Positions 9,698 to 18,788 of a DNA stretch of 64,000 nucleotides are shown one piece after another. A program made the position numbers and the translations under genes. Position 1 is the first letter of the stretch. Each line of letters begins with the position of its first letter. The notes under the pieces were generated by a model, which had not been told where the DNA came from, searched no databases, and saw only the letters and a list, made by a program, of their open reading frames with translations. The DNA lies in assembly GCA_050011565.1 (NCBI GenBank), contig JBEKIW010000001.1, positions 544,001-608,000 of the forward strand, written 5' to 3'. The stretch is from Dehalococcoidia bacterium. GTDB taxonomy: Bacteria; Chloroflexota; Dehalococcoidia; GIF9; UBA5629.

Positions 9698-11425
9698 TTA
9701 CCTCAGGAAATAGTTCGGGAATTTTTGGTAGAGCATCTCGAAGTGGCCGAGAAATTGCACCAGGGCTTCTTTAGACCCATCAATCTGTATTTCCGAGCTT
9801 TTTAACGCCTCTGCTATCGGCGTAACTCCTGAAAGGAGCGGCCCCATAGATGCTCGTGTGCCCTTAACAGTGGCCACTGCGTTGCCCGGCAGGCCGGATC
9901 GTACCTCGGCCACGCCACGGCGAATCTCCAGTGTATACTGTTCATCAGTATCGGCATAACGGAAACCTACCGCTTCGGTCAGGTCTAATGTCTCCTCCGC
10001 CTTCAACCGCACCGGCATATTTTCCACCTGGTTCAGGGCTGGGAATAGGCTCAGCACGTCCGGCGATATGAGGAAGTCACCCAGCAACGAGTATATGGGG
10101 TCGAGGTCCAGCGAGCCCTCCAGTATCCTGGCTCCGGTCAGGTAAAACCCCCTCCAGGTTGCATTTATAGCAGCATAGCCGAGCACCCGATAAGCCGCTG
10201 CCTTGAGCTTACGGGCTTCCATATCGTTCTGGTCGATGCGAATCAAGTATGATGTCAGCTCTGCTGCAAACTGCGGGTCTCCACCGATGAATGCCCTATC
10301 TGCCTCTTCCAGTACCTTGTCCCTGCCGCCCATCAATGCCACCAGCCTTTTAGCATATTCAATTCGCGGCGTGGGGTCCAGGTAGCAGGGGTCACCGTCA
10401 AACCAGCCGATACTGCCGCACACTATCTGAGGCACGGAGTGTTTGACGGAGCCGTAGAACGGGCGCAGCCACGGACTGAAGTTCTCAAGGTGTGGTGGTA
10501 ATTTTACCAGTTTGGCGACTTCGTCCTTGGAGTAACCTTTGTTCGAAAAACGAAGCGTCTGGTCATGTGTAAACTGGATGGCGTCCCGGTAGTACATGAG
10601 CACCTGCTGTATATAGTCTCTGCCGGAAATAGGGGTGCCGTGCTGCAGCACCATGTGCTCTGCCTCGGCAGCGAATCCGCGCATGGCATCAATACTGCGG
10701 TACCAGTCGGTGGGGTTGCGGTAGACCGCACCACGCACCGTGTAGATATTGGGGTAGCAGTGGTCCTGGATGACCTCAGCCGATAACAGGGTCTTAGAAT
10801 CCGGTAGATATATGCAAATCTCGGAGTGGGCTTCGCTTGGCACGTAATGCATCTCCATCCTGATGCCGGCCAGTGTGACGTCAAGCTTGTCATGAAAGGT
10901 CTGTGTCGGTGGTATGAATACGTTCTTGCCAGGACCAAAGCTCGGTCCGATTCCAGCGTTCATATCCTTCATATCGTCGCCATCCAGCACCGCGTTGTAC
11001 ATCGATATGGCTCGGGCGCTCATGATGGGGCCGATGAAACCGCTCTCATGGATGTATTCAGGCATCAGCGTCTCATGACTGATGATAGGAACGGCACCGG
11101 AGGCTGCATCCTTCTGGCTGACGAAGGCACCCGTGCCCTGAACATGGTCGCTATGGTGGTGCGTATAGATAATGCTGGTGACCGGTTTTGATGTAATCTT
11201 CTGGAAGTCGGCTAGGACTTCTTGTCCCTGCCTCAGTTCCATACCGGTGTCGACGATGACTATACCGTCCTTCCCCTCGACCATTATAATGTTGGCCAGG
11301 TTATAACCCACCGCGCAATACACGTTGTCGCCGACCTTGTGTATTTTACGCTCGAAAAGTTTGGTGTGTTCTTTCAGTTCAGGGTTGATGCTGGCTGGTA
11401 CATTATGCTCGTGTGTAGTACTCAT
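9698..11425 (-). CDS. Alkyl/aryl sulfatase, SdsA1/BDS1 family (MBL fold, dimerisation domain, SCP2-like C-terminus)
   Basis: IIYTHHHSDHVQG metal motif, PNIYTVRG, FYGSVKHS, GWFDGDP, NATWRGFYLTGA, C-terminal LEIRRGV. No signal peptide. Confidence 0.9.
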   Translation of the reverse strand: MSTTHEHNVPASINPELKEHTKLFERKIHKVGDNVYCAVGYNLANIIMVEGKDGIVIVDTGMELRQGQEVLADFQKITSKPVTSIIYTHHHSDHVQGTGAFVSQKDAASGAVPIISHETLMPEYIHESGFIGPIMSARAISMYNAVLDGDDMKDMNAGIGPSFGPGKNVFIPPTQTFHDKLDVTLAGIRMEMHYVPSEAHSEICIYLPDSKTLLSAEVIQDHCYPNIYTVRGAVYRNPTDWYRSIDAMRGFAAEAEHMVLQHGTPISGRDYIQQVLMYYRDAIQFTHDQTLRFSNKGYSKDEVAKLVKLPPHLENFSPWLRPFYGSVKHSVPQIVCGSIGWFDGDPCYLDPTPRIEYAKRLVALMGGRDKVLEEADRAFIGGDPQFAAELTSYLIRIDQNDMEARKLKAAAYRVLGYAAINATWRGFYLTGARILEGSLDLDPIYSLLGDFLISPDVLSLFPALNQVENMPVRLKAEETLDLTEAVGFRYADTDEQYTLEIRRGVAEVRSGLPGNAVATVKGTRASMGPLLSGVTPIAEALKSSEIQIDGSKEALVQFLGHFEMLYQKFPNYFLR

Positions 11426-11705
11426 AGGAGCTCCTTTTTAAGGTAATATACTGTTGATTTCGTAGTTTAGTTTATGGTTTTGGGGTCTATAGCGGGATAC
11501 AGTATATCTTCTCCGCGGTTTCAAGACAATGATGGGCTTATAGCGGCCTGTTATCCAGAGCTACAATTGCACAATTCGATGGAATGTTACTCATGGCGAC
11601 CCCTGCTACAATCTCCAATAGCGATATCAGATACCCTGTTTAGGTCTGGATAAGTATATAATTAGGGCAAGATTGAAGTGAGTAGATTTCGAGCTGATCA
11701 GGGAG

Positions 11706-12260
11706 ATGATAACCATGTCACTCATGGATTTGATAAAACATAGGAAAAGCATCAGAGATTTTATTGACAGACCTGTTGAGCGCAATAAAATAATGTTATG
11801 TCTTGAGGCAGCAAGGTTGGCTCCCTCTGCATCTAATTCTCAGCCTTGGAAGTTCATCATCGTTGATGACCAGGACGTCAAGAAAAGACTGTGCGATAAT
11901 GCTTTCGGTCGCATGCAATTTTTTAATTCTTTTGCAAAGAAGGCACCGGTCATCGTCGTAATCGTATCTGAAAAAGACAAGTTCTTAACTAGAATAGGAG
12001 GGAGGTTACGTGGTACCGACTATCATCTCATAGATATTGGTATAGCCGGGGAGCATTTTGTGCTGCAGGCAGAAGAGCTAGGGCTTGGAACTTGTTGGAT
12101 AGGCTGGTTTGATGAAGAGGCTGTAAAATCGACACTAAATGTCCCAAAGGATAAGAAAATAGACGTGCTATTAGCATTAGGATATTACAGTGAGAATAGT
12201 ATGAGCATGGAACATAATAGAGAACCGCTGGAGGAGATTGTATCTTTTAATACCTACTGA
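11706..12260 (+). CDS. Nitroreductase family protein
   Basis: RKSIRDF, LAPSASNSQPWKF, DIGIA, AEELGLGTCWIG motifs. Confidence 0.93.
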   Translation: MITMSLMDLIKHRKSIRDFIDRPVERNKIMLCLEAARLAPSASNSQPWKFIIVDDQDVKKRLCDNAFGRMQFFNSFAKKAPVIVVIVSEKDKFLTRIGGRLRGTDYHLIDIGIAGEHFVLQAEELGLGTCWIGWFDEEAVKSTLNVPKDKKIDVLLALGYYSENSMSMEHNREPLEEIVSFNTY

Positions 12261-12326
12261 CTCTTAGAAAGAGGCGGTGAGGCTGCCAAGAGACCATGAC
12301 AGAAAGTGAGCAGTCAAGAAGAAAAG

Positions 12327-12962
12327 ATGAGTAAACATGTTAATAATCAAGCGGTAAAGTTGACAATCTACTCGGACTATGTTTGACCATGGTGCTATGT
12401 CGGCCAAGGTGTGGTCGAACGATTGAAGAAAGAATATAGCGTAGACGTTGAGTGGAGACCTTTTTTCCTTCATCCTGAATGGCCTTCTGAGGGAGTACGT
12501 CTGCCTCCACACGTCCGCGAAAGGTTTTCGACTATATATGAGCGGTTACAGAAAATAGCAGATGATAATAGCTATCCTCTGGTCAGACTAGATAACTTAC
12601 CCAATTCACGACGTGCGCTCGAAGCAAGTGAATACGCGCGTGCACATGGTAAGCACGAAAAATTCCACCGCGTTGTCTTCCAGAAATTGTATGGCGAGGG
12701 GCAGGACATTAGCAAGTGGGAGGTCTTGCATTCAGCGGCGCAAGAGGTTGGGTTGGACGGTGATGAAATGCAGTTCGAGACCGAAGCCGGCAATTACAGA
12801 GACGTACTAGACACCCAACTTGAAAAGGCCTATGCGCTTGGTATCACTGCTGTACCTACGTACATCATTAATGATAAATATCGAATTGAGGGTGCACAAC
12901 CATTTGAGGTGTTCGAACAAGTACTGACGAAATTGGCAGGAAAACGTAAGGAAAGTCCTTGA
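12327..12962 (+). CDS. DsbA/FrnE-family thiol-disulfide oxidoreductase, probable selenoprotein (UPWC; TGA at 12384-12386)
   Basis: ATG at 12327 (or GTG at 12306) reads MSKHVNNQAVKLTIYSDYV-TGA-PWCYVGQGVVERL, in frame with the track ORF at 12411. Family motif is SD..CPWCY.G; downstream WRPFFLHP, ITAVPTYIIN and GAQP are intact. Confidence 0.9.
12400..12418 (+). promoter_or_regulatory. Candidate bacterial SECIS hairpin
   Basis: TCGGCCA-aggtg-TGGTCGA forms a 7-bp stem (one G-U) with a G-containing loop, 13 nt after the in-frame TGA. Confidence 0.65.
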
Positions 12963-13004
12963 AAGAATATGACATTATACTATTTGGCTTTTGGTTTTGG
13001 TCTT

Positions 13005-15011
13005 TTATTCTTTCCTATATGCCATAAATAGTGATGCCAGCAGGCTTAACAGTATCATCAACCCCATGACCCACCAGGTCAGGTTAAAGCGCAGCAGCAT
13101 CTCAGGCGTAGCGTTAATCCGGCTAATCAGGTCTATGTACATTCTGGTAAGCGGCTCCAGCTGCTCCTTTGCCACCCTGTCCAGCGTATCCGCCTGGTCA
13201 AAAAGCCAGGTGGGTCCGCTGATATAGCTGATGATGGGAATGCCAGCCTGGTAATAATAATGCGCGTCGGTGGGCACACCCAGCAGCGACCCCGTAGGGA
13301 AAAGCAAAGTACGTGAGGCATGCGAAGTCGCCACTGAAGTTGCGAATAGGCTCACGGTTACCGGGTTTTCCGTCAGAAATACGCCCCGTGGCTGTACGCC
13401 GTTAGTCAATGGATAAGGCGCCGGCATATAGTCATTGGCGATATGCTCAATGGCGATATCAAACACGGCATTGGAGACGATATCTGCCCTGTGTTCCTCG
13501 ATGAAGGTATAGTTAGTGATACCGCCCACCATATGACTGCCAGTAAACATGAATATCATGGTGTATGGCCTTTGTGACAGCGGTACCTGTGAATAATATT
13601 TCGCCAATGCCAGCACCATGCCCACGCCGCTGCTGTCCTCCACACCGCTCCTCCAGGGTGAATCATGATGTGAATGGACGATGATTATCCTGGAACTCTG
13701 CCCGGGCAGTAGGGCATAGACGGTGGCGCTTTTCCCTCCCATCGGTGCAACTTTAGCCTGCAGCACCAGGTTGATCGTAACCCTGCCCTGTTGCAGTAGG
13801 GTTTTAATTTTCTCACCCTCAGTTGACTTCAGGTACATACTCGGTATGGGTCTCAAAATGCCGTCATAAGGAGCGTAATAGGTGAATTTGCCCATGTCGG
13901 GGTAATCATAGAGTATGCCTATGATGCCTGCCGGGTGGTGCGATTCAGCCGCTTTGTAAAAATCGACATACTTCATCATCCAGCCAATGGGATACGGTGT
14001 CGAGACCCCCTTTAGTGTATTTTCCGGCTCGTAAGCCATATAGCTGAAAGACTTCATCTGGTCCCACGCCAGAGGGGTTGCCGGTATATCAACCAGAATG
14101 ATTTTGCCAGTCACATCCTGCCATTTTGGTTGCGATATATCGCCCAGGTAAACCGCGTCAGCAGTGACCCCGCCGGCTGGTGTAGGACCGCTGTAAGGAA
14201 CATAGAAAGTTTCTGGCTGCCAGGCTTCGTTCGTGCCCGGCTGAACCGTAATGCTCCAGCTTTCTGGCTCCCAGTAGTCGAATGAGCTTTCTTCCACACG
14301 CACGTCCTGATAGCCGAAATCGCGCAGCTTGGCTTCCAGGTAGGCTATAGCCTTATGGTCTGCTTCCGACCCCGTTCGCCTTTCTCCCAGGTTATATATA
14401 TCGCTGATGAAGCCGAAGGTCTGGTCGCGGGTAGGTACGCTGCTCTCCGCAGGTGGCTTAATAGCAGGGTTGGCTAGAAAGGCCATTAACGCCGGCATTA
14501 TTACCAGCGAAATGATCACCAGCAACGAGAGCATGCCCCAAGCCAGCCCGGGTTTGGGTTTGGGGCTGGCTGCCAGCCGGCCGGTGTTATAGAAAACGAT
14601 GCCGCCGATCAGAAAGACCAACCCTGCGATAAGGAACAGGACTGGCTTGCCCGCCAGTATTACTGGCAGTGACAGCACCAGCAGCAGTAGGTTCGAGCCT
14701 CCCACTGTGTATAAGATATATTGCAGCAGGAACCAGATGGATACGTTCATCCACATAAGTCCCATAGCCCGCAGCCACTTCTTTTCCCTGCTGTTGTACC
14801 ACAGCGCGCCCAGAAAGATTATCAGCGGTGGGAACAGTGAGTACCATGCCATAACTATAGCCAGAGGCAGGCTAGACTTATCCAGCAAGATGGCAAACAG
14901 CAAAGGCAGCGCTGAAAAAATCAGGGACAGCATCAGAGATATAACCAGTTGCACCGCCAGGGACCGCCACGAACTATAACCAACCGTACCTGAAGTAGTC
15001 TTCTTGGCCAT
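13005..15011 (-). CDS. Membrane-anchored PA-domain / M28-like peptidase homologue
   Basis: About 5 N-terminal TMs; GERRTGS, PA-like region, HSHHDS..GVEDSSGVG M28 metal motifs; C-terminal TM. Confidence 0.75.
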   Translation of the reverse strand: MAKKTTSGTVGYSSWRSLAVQLVISLMLSLIFSALPLLFAILLDKSSLPLAIVMAWYSLFPPLIIFLGALWYNSREKKWLRAMGLMWMNVSIWFLLQYILYTVGGSNLLLLVLSLPVILAGKPVLFLIAGLVFLIGGIVFYNTGRLAASPKPKPGLAWGMLSLLVIISLVIMPALMAFLANPAIKPPAESSVPTRDQTFGFISDIYNLGERRTGSEADHKAIAYLEAKLRDFGYQDVRVEESSFDYWEPESWSITVQPGTNEAWQPETFYVPYSGPTPAGGVTADAVYLGDISQPKWQDVTGKIILVDIPATPLAWDQMKSFSYMAYEPENTLKGVSTPYPIGWMMKYVDFYKAAESHHPAGIIGILYDYPDMGKFTYYAPYDGILRPIPSMYLKSTEGEKIKTLLQQGRVTINLVLQAKVAPMGGKSATVYALLPGQSSRIIIVHSHHDSPWRSGVEDSSGVGMVLALAKYYSQVPLSQRPYTMIFMFTGSHMVGGITNYTFIEEHRADIVSNAVFDIAIEHIANDYMPAPYPLTNGVQPRGVFLTENPVTVSLFATSVATSHASRTLLFPTGSLLGVPTDAHYYYQAGIPIISYISGPTWLFDQADTLDRVAKEQLEPLTRMYIDLISRINATPEMLLRFNLTWWVMGLMILLSLLASLFMAYRKE

Positions 15012-15062
15012 GGCCTTCTCCCTCCTTCCTTTACCTGGACGTATTATAACATCAGCCCACCT

Positions 15063-15088
15063 ATTTTACCCTCTGCAGAGGATAAAAT
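15063..15088. promoter_or_regulatory. 26-bp near-perfect palindrome over the predicted -35 of the M28-like gene (candidate operator)
   Basis: attttaccctctgcagaggataaaat (one mismatch); minus-strand TATAAT at 15043-15048. Confidence 0.4.
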
Positions 15089-15236
15089 GGCTGTCGACTA
15101 AGAATGTCAAGCTTTGCCGGATTGCACTTTATGACGTTTTGTTACTTTTTATTCTGATAATAATGTAAATTTACTCGACAGCCTGTGGCACTATATCAGT
15201 CTGCGGGCCGACAATGTAACAGCCAAGTAGGGACCA

Positions 15237-15776
15237 TTATTGTCCTTTTACTTGGACCGGCAGGCAGGCGACCATGAGGTAGACCTCGGTGGCGTGACCG
15301 GAGAGAAGCTGGTTGGCTTTGCCCAACAGGTCGCGGTAGATACGTCCCAGCTTGTTTTCCGGCACCAGGCCCATGCCGACTTCGTTGGAGACAATGACGA
15401 AGCTGGCATCCAGCCTATCCATGGCGTCGATAAGCTTGTTTATTTCAGCCTTAACTCTTTTTTCCGCTTCCGGATAATCCGGTTCACCATGGAGCAGGTT
15501 GGAGATTAGCAACGTAATGCAGTCAATGACTATTACCTCGGCATCGCCGATTTGTTTCTCTATTTCCTTCCCGATGCCGGTCGGTATCTCCAGAGTTCGC
15601 CAGTTTTTGGGACGGTCTTTTTTGTGCTCGGCAATCCTGGCCTGCATCTCTTCATCCAGCCCCTCGCCGGTGGCCACAAAGAGGACCTTGCTGCCTAGTT
15701 CTCCCGCCAGCTGCTGGGCATAATGGCTCTTACCGCTTCGAGCGCCGCCGAGTAAGAGGATGATTTGTTTAGCCAA
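15237..15776 (-). CDS. cobU: Bifunctional adenosylcobinamide kinase / adenosylcobinamide-phosphate guanylyltransferase
   Basis: GGARSGKS P-loop, EMQARIAEH, DCITL, VSNEVGMGLVP, YRDLLG.ANQ. Confidence 0.97.
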   Translation of the reverse strand: MAKQIILLLGGARSGKSHYAQQLAGELGSKVLFVATGEGLDEEMQARIAEHKKDRPKNWRTLEIPTGIGKEIEKQIGDAEVIVIDCITLLISNLLHGEPDYPEAEKRVKAEINKLIDAMDRLDASFVIVSNEVGMGLVPENKLGRIYRDLLGKANQLLSGHATEVYLMVACLPVQVKGQ

Positions 15777-16428
15777 GACTGTACTCCGTGATGTCTAAAG
15801 TCCAGTGGTCGTCCCTGGAAATAACGACTGTCCTGCCGATTTTTACGGGCTTTTTAAAGGACGGCCCGTCATAAACAAATGTGTGAAATTCTCCGGCTTC
15901 GCCGCAGACATCAACCCCAAGCTGGCCGAGTTCGGAAGCCAGTTTTTTATCCACCTGCCTGCCCAGCCATTCTTTGCCCAAGAACTTAGCTTTGACGCTG
16001 ACGATAATGGCTTTGAAGCCAGCCTCTATGAAGTCGGTTAAGAGCGTGGGGCTGTCTATTTCCCACAATGGTAACAATGCTTTGATACCTACTTCGCCAC
16101 AGACCCTGTCTATCCAATCCTTGTGTTCCTGCAAGTAGATATCGCCGGTGACCAGACCTGTTATGCCCTCCAGTTTGAGCTTTTCCAGCGCGTCTTTGAA
16201 TCCGGCTTCATAGGTCTCCCAGGTGACTTTTTGTTGCAGTATGGGCAGTCCCATAGCCTGCGCCTGTAAAGCCAACAGCTTGCTGTCGAGGCCGTGGGAC
16301 ATAGCCTTTGTGGAATCGGCATGGATGAAGTTGAGCAAATGGCTGACCTTCAATCCCTGAGAGATTGCTTTCCAGTAGGCGAGGCAGCTGTCTTTGCCGC
16401 CGCTCCATGAAGCTGCATATTCTGTCAT
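15769..16428 (-). CDS. Diphthine--ammonia ligase-like PP-loop ATPase (DUF71/COG2102)
   Basis: SWSGGKDS PP-loop, SHG, GDI, PLW, DVCGEAGEFHTFVYDGP motifs. Confidence 0.9.
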   Translation of the reverse strand: MTEYAASWSGGKDSCLAYWKAISQGLKVSHLLNFIHADSTKAMSHGLDSKLLALQAQAMGLPILQQKVTWETYEAGFKDALEKLKLEGITGLVTGDIYLQEHKDWIDRVCGEVGIKALLPLWEIDSPTLLTDFIEAGFKAIIVSVKAKFLGKEWLGRQVDKKLASELGQLGVDVCGEAGEFHTFVYDGPSFKKPVKIGRTVVISRDDHWTLDITEYSLG

Positions 16429-17159
16429 TGTAACCTCCCAATCAATATTATAAGCAGTAGTACCAGCACCTCAGAAAGCTCATTGATGGCGCCGTAGTTG
16501 TCTCCGGTCAGCCCGCCCAGACGGGAGCGGAAGTAGCCGGCGATGCCGAAGGCAATGAGCCATAGTACGGCCATAAGAACCAATCCCCACCATTTCAGCA
16601 AAACCACAGCTACAATTAAGGCTATGATTGTGGCTATGGTCAGCCTCTGCCAGGTGGCGCCAAGTTTGAAAGGCAGCCCCATGCCGGACCTTCGGGCATA
16701 GGGGAAGGTGAAAATGACGGAGACCATCGTCCAGCGGCTTAAGCTGGGCATAAGCAGCAAGGCCGGTAATATCGTCGACACTGAGAATAGAGATGCATAT
16801 TTGAGCAAAAGTAAGACAACGACGCCGACGATGCCGAAGGCGCCGACCTTAGTGTCCGACATAATATCCAGCCGTTCTTTTTTCGATTTACTGGCAAAAA
16901 CGCCGTCGCAAGTGTCGATGAAGCCGTCGAGGTGATGGGCTCCGGTCAGGATAACCAGGGCTATTATGAGCAGCGCTGTTACCACTGCAGGTGGCAGTAT
17001 CAAAGATAGGCCGTAATAAAGGCCGAGCAAGATAGCTCCAAGAATCAGGCCGACCAGCGGGAAATAAGGCAGTGATTGGCCTGAGGTCTCTGTGGTGACC
17101 TCATGGCGGAGGGGGGTAGGAAATATGGTTAAGAATTGAAGTGCTGCCCAGAAACCCAA
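16425..17159 (-). CDS. cobS: Adenosylcobinamide-GDP ribazoletransferase (cobalamin synthase)
   Basis: FLTIFP, TGAHHLDGFIDTCDG, IMSDTKVGAFG, GGLTGDNYGA. Confidence 0.96.
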   Translation of the reverse strand: MGFWAALQFLTIFPTPLRHEVTTETSGQSLPYFPLVGLILGAILLGLYYGLSLILPPAVVTALLIIALVILTGAHHLDGFIDTCDGVFASKSKKERLDIMSDTKVGAFGIVGVVVLLLLKYASLFSVSTILPALLLMPSLSRWTMVSVIFTFPYARRSGMGLPFKLGATWQRLTIATIIALIVAVVLLKWWGLVLMAVLWLIAFGIAGYFRSRLGGLTGDNYGAINELSEVLVLLLIILIGRLQ

Positions 17160-17161
17160 AT

Positions 17162-18244
17162 TTAAGCTCCTCCATGTGGTTCCATTGGTTTGGCTTCAGC
17201 AACGCCGGCCTGAGAGAAGGTGGCCATCTGGCTTAGCGTTCTGGCAGCGGCATCGGCCAGAAAGATACCGATAACAGCGCCGGTACCTTCACCCAGCCGC
17301 ATATTCAAATTTAGCAGCGGTCTCAGTCCCAGGAACTGGAGTAACAGCTCATGTCCTGCCTCCGCGGAGAGATGGGCGGCGATGAGGTAGTCTTTGGCCT
17401 GAGGCGACAGGCCGACCGCGATGAGAGCGGCCGCCCCGGAGATGAAGCCATCAATGACTACCGGTATTCTGTAGGCGGCACCGGCTAGCATGACTCCAAC
17501 CAGCCCGCCGATTTCAAAGCCACCAACTTTGGCCAGAACATCCAGCGGGTCTTTAGGGTTCGGTTTATTAATCGATAAGGCTCTCTCTATAACCTTGATT
17601 TTATGGGCAAGCTGCCTGTCGCCAACTCCGGTACCGCGGCCGGTGATTTTCTTGGGCTGTTTGCCGCTGATAGCGGCGAAGACGGCGCTGCTGGCGGTGG
17701 TATTGCCGATACCCATGTCTCCCGTGCCAATAATATCGACTCTTTTTGCCATCTCAGCCTCGACCGCCTGGATGCCGGCCTCTATGGTATCTATAGCTTG
17801 CTGGCGGGTCATTGCCGGTCCTTGTGTCATATTCTGGGTGCCGAAGTCAATCATTTTGCACAGTAATCCGGGCAATGGCTGGAAGCCACCTTTTACGCCC
17901 ATGTCTACAACTATAACCCGGGCGCCTATTTGACCGGCCAGGACGTTTATGGCGGCGCCGCCTTTGAGGAAGTTGATGACCATCTGCCGGGTAACTTCCT
18001 GTGGGTAGAGGCTGACCGTTTCAGCGGCGACGCCATGGTCGGCAGCCATGACAATTATGGATTTATGTTCCAGTTTAGGTGAGGCTGTACCTTTAATTCC
18101 GGCGAGCTGAATTGACAGCTCTTCCAACCTGCCTAGACTGCCGTGCGGCTTGGTCAGGCTGTTCTGGCGGCTTTGGGCAGCGGCCATGGCGGAGCTGTCC
18201 AACGGTTTTATCTCTTTTAATATCGTGTCCAGGGAAGTTGCCAT
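17162..18244 (-). CDS. cobT: Nicotinate-nucleotide--dimethylbenzimidazole phosphoribosyltransferase
   Basis: LTKPHGSLGRLE, AADHGV, GDMGIGNTT, GGFEIG, DGFIS, MRLGEGTGA. Confidence 0.97.
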   Translation of the reverse strand: MATSLDTILKEIKPLDSSAMAAAQSRQNSLTKPHGSLGRLEELSIQLAGIKGTASPKLEHKSIIVMAADHGVAAETVSLYPQEVTRQMVINFLKGGAAINVLAGQIGARVIVVDMGVKGGFQPLPGLLCKMIDFGTQNMTQGPAMTRQQAIDTIEAGIQAVEAEMAKRVDIIGTGDMGIGNTTASSAVFAAISGKQPKKITGRGTGVGDRQLAHKIKVIERALSINKPNPKDPLDVLAKVGGFEIGGLVGVMLAGAAYRIPVVIDGFISGAAALIAVGLSPQAKDYLIAAHLSAEAGHELLLQFLGLRPLLNLNMRLGEGTGAVIGIFLADAAARTLSQMATFSQAGVAEAKPMEPHGGA

Positions 18245-18263
18245 AGTTCCGTCTCCTTATCTG

Positions 18264-18788
18264 TTAGTACTCTATGCCGCGGCGGGCGCTTGTCCCCCCA
18301 GTAAATGGATGCTTAATCATGAGCATCTCGGTGACTAAATCAGCTCGCTGGGCAATCTCGGGAGGCGCGTTCCTGCCCGTCAGCACCAGTTCAACCGAAA
18401 CCGGCTTCGAGTCCAGCAATTCCAAAACCTGTTTAATGGTTATCAAGCCCTGGCTTATGGCGACGAAGATTTCATCGAGAACGACCAGGTCGTACTTTCC
18501 ACTGAGTATTTCCTGCTCGGCGTAAGCCAGTGTCTGAAGAGCTTCCTGGCTTAACTGTTCCTTGGATTTCTTAAAACTGTCGCCGATACTTATCTGGACT
18601 ATTTCAAAAGGGTTATGCTGCCTGACAAAAAAATGCTCGCCGCAAGGTTCGCCTTTTATGAACTGGATGAAGGCTACCTTCATGTCTTGTCCGACGGCTC
18701 GTATTGCCAGGCCTAAAGCCGCTGTGCTCTTACCTTTGCCATCGCCCGTGTAAACGTGGACCAGACCTTTGCCGTTCTTTTCAACCAT
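18264..18788 (-). CDS. cobO: Cob(I)yrinic acid a,c-diamide adenosyltransferase (CobO/BtuR/CobA)
   Basis: VYTGDGKGKSTAALG, QFIKG, VLDEI, LTGR, ADLVTEM..IKHPF. Confidence 0.96.
   Translation of the reverse strand: MVEKNGKGLVHVYTGDGKGKSTAALGLAIRAVGQDMKVAFIQFIKGEPCGEHFFVRQHNPFEIVQISIGDSFKKSKEQLSQEALQTLAYAEQEILSGKYDLVVLDEIFVAISQGLITIKQVLELLDSKPVSVELVLTGRNAPPEIAQRADLVTEMLMIKHPFTGGTSARRGIEY

Noticed and set aside
12411-12962. Track ORF as the complete DsbA-family gene, or as a pseudogene
   Set aside because: It lacks the active site; the upstream in-frame UPWC motif and hairpin favour Sec read-through.
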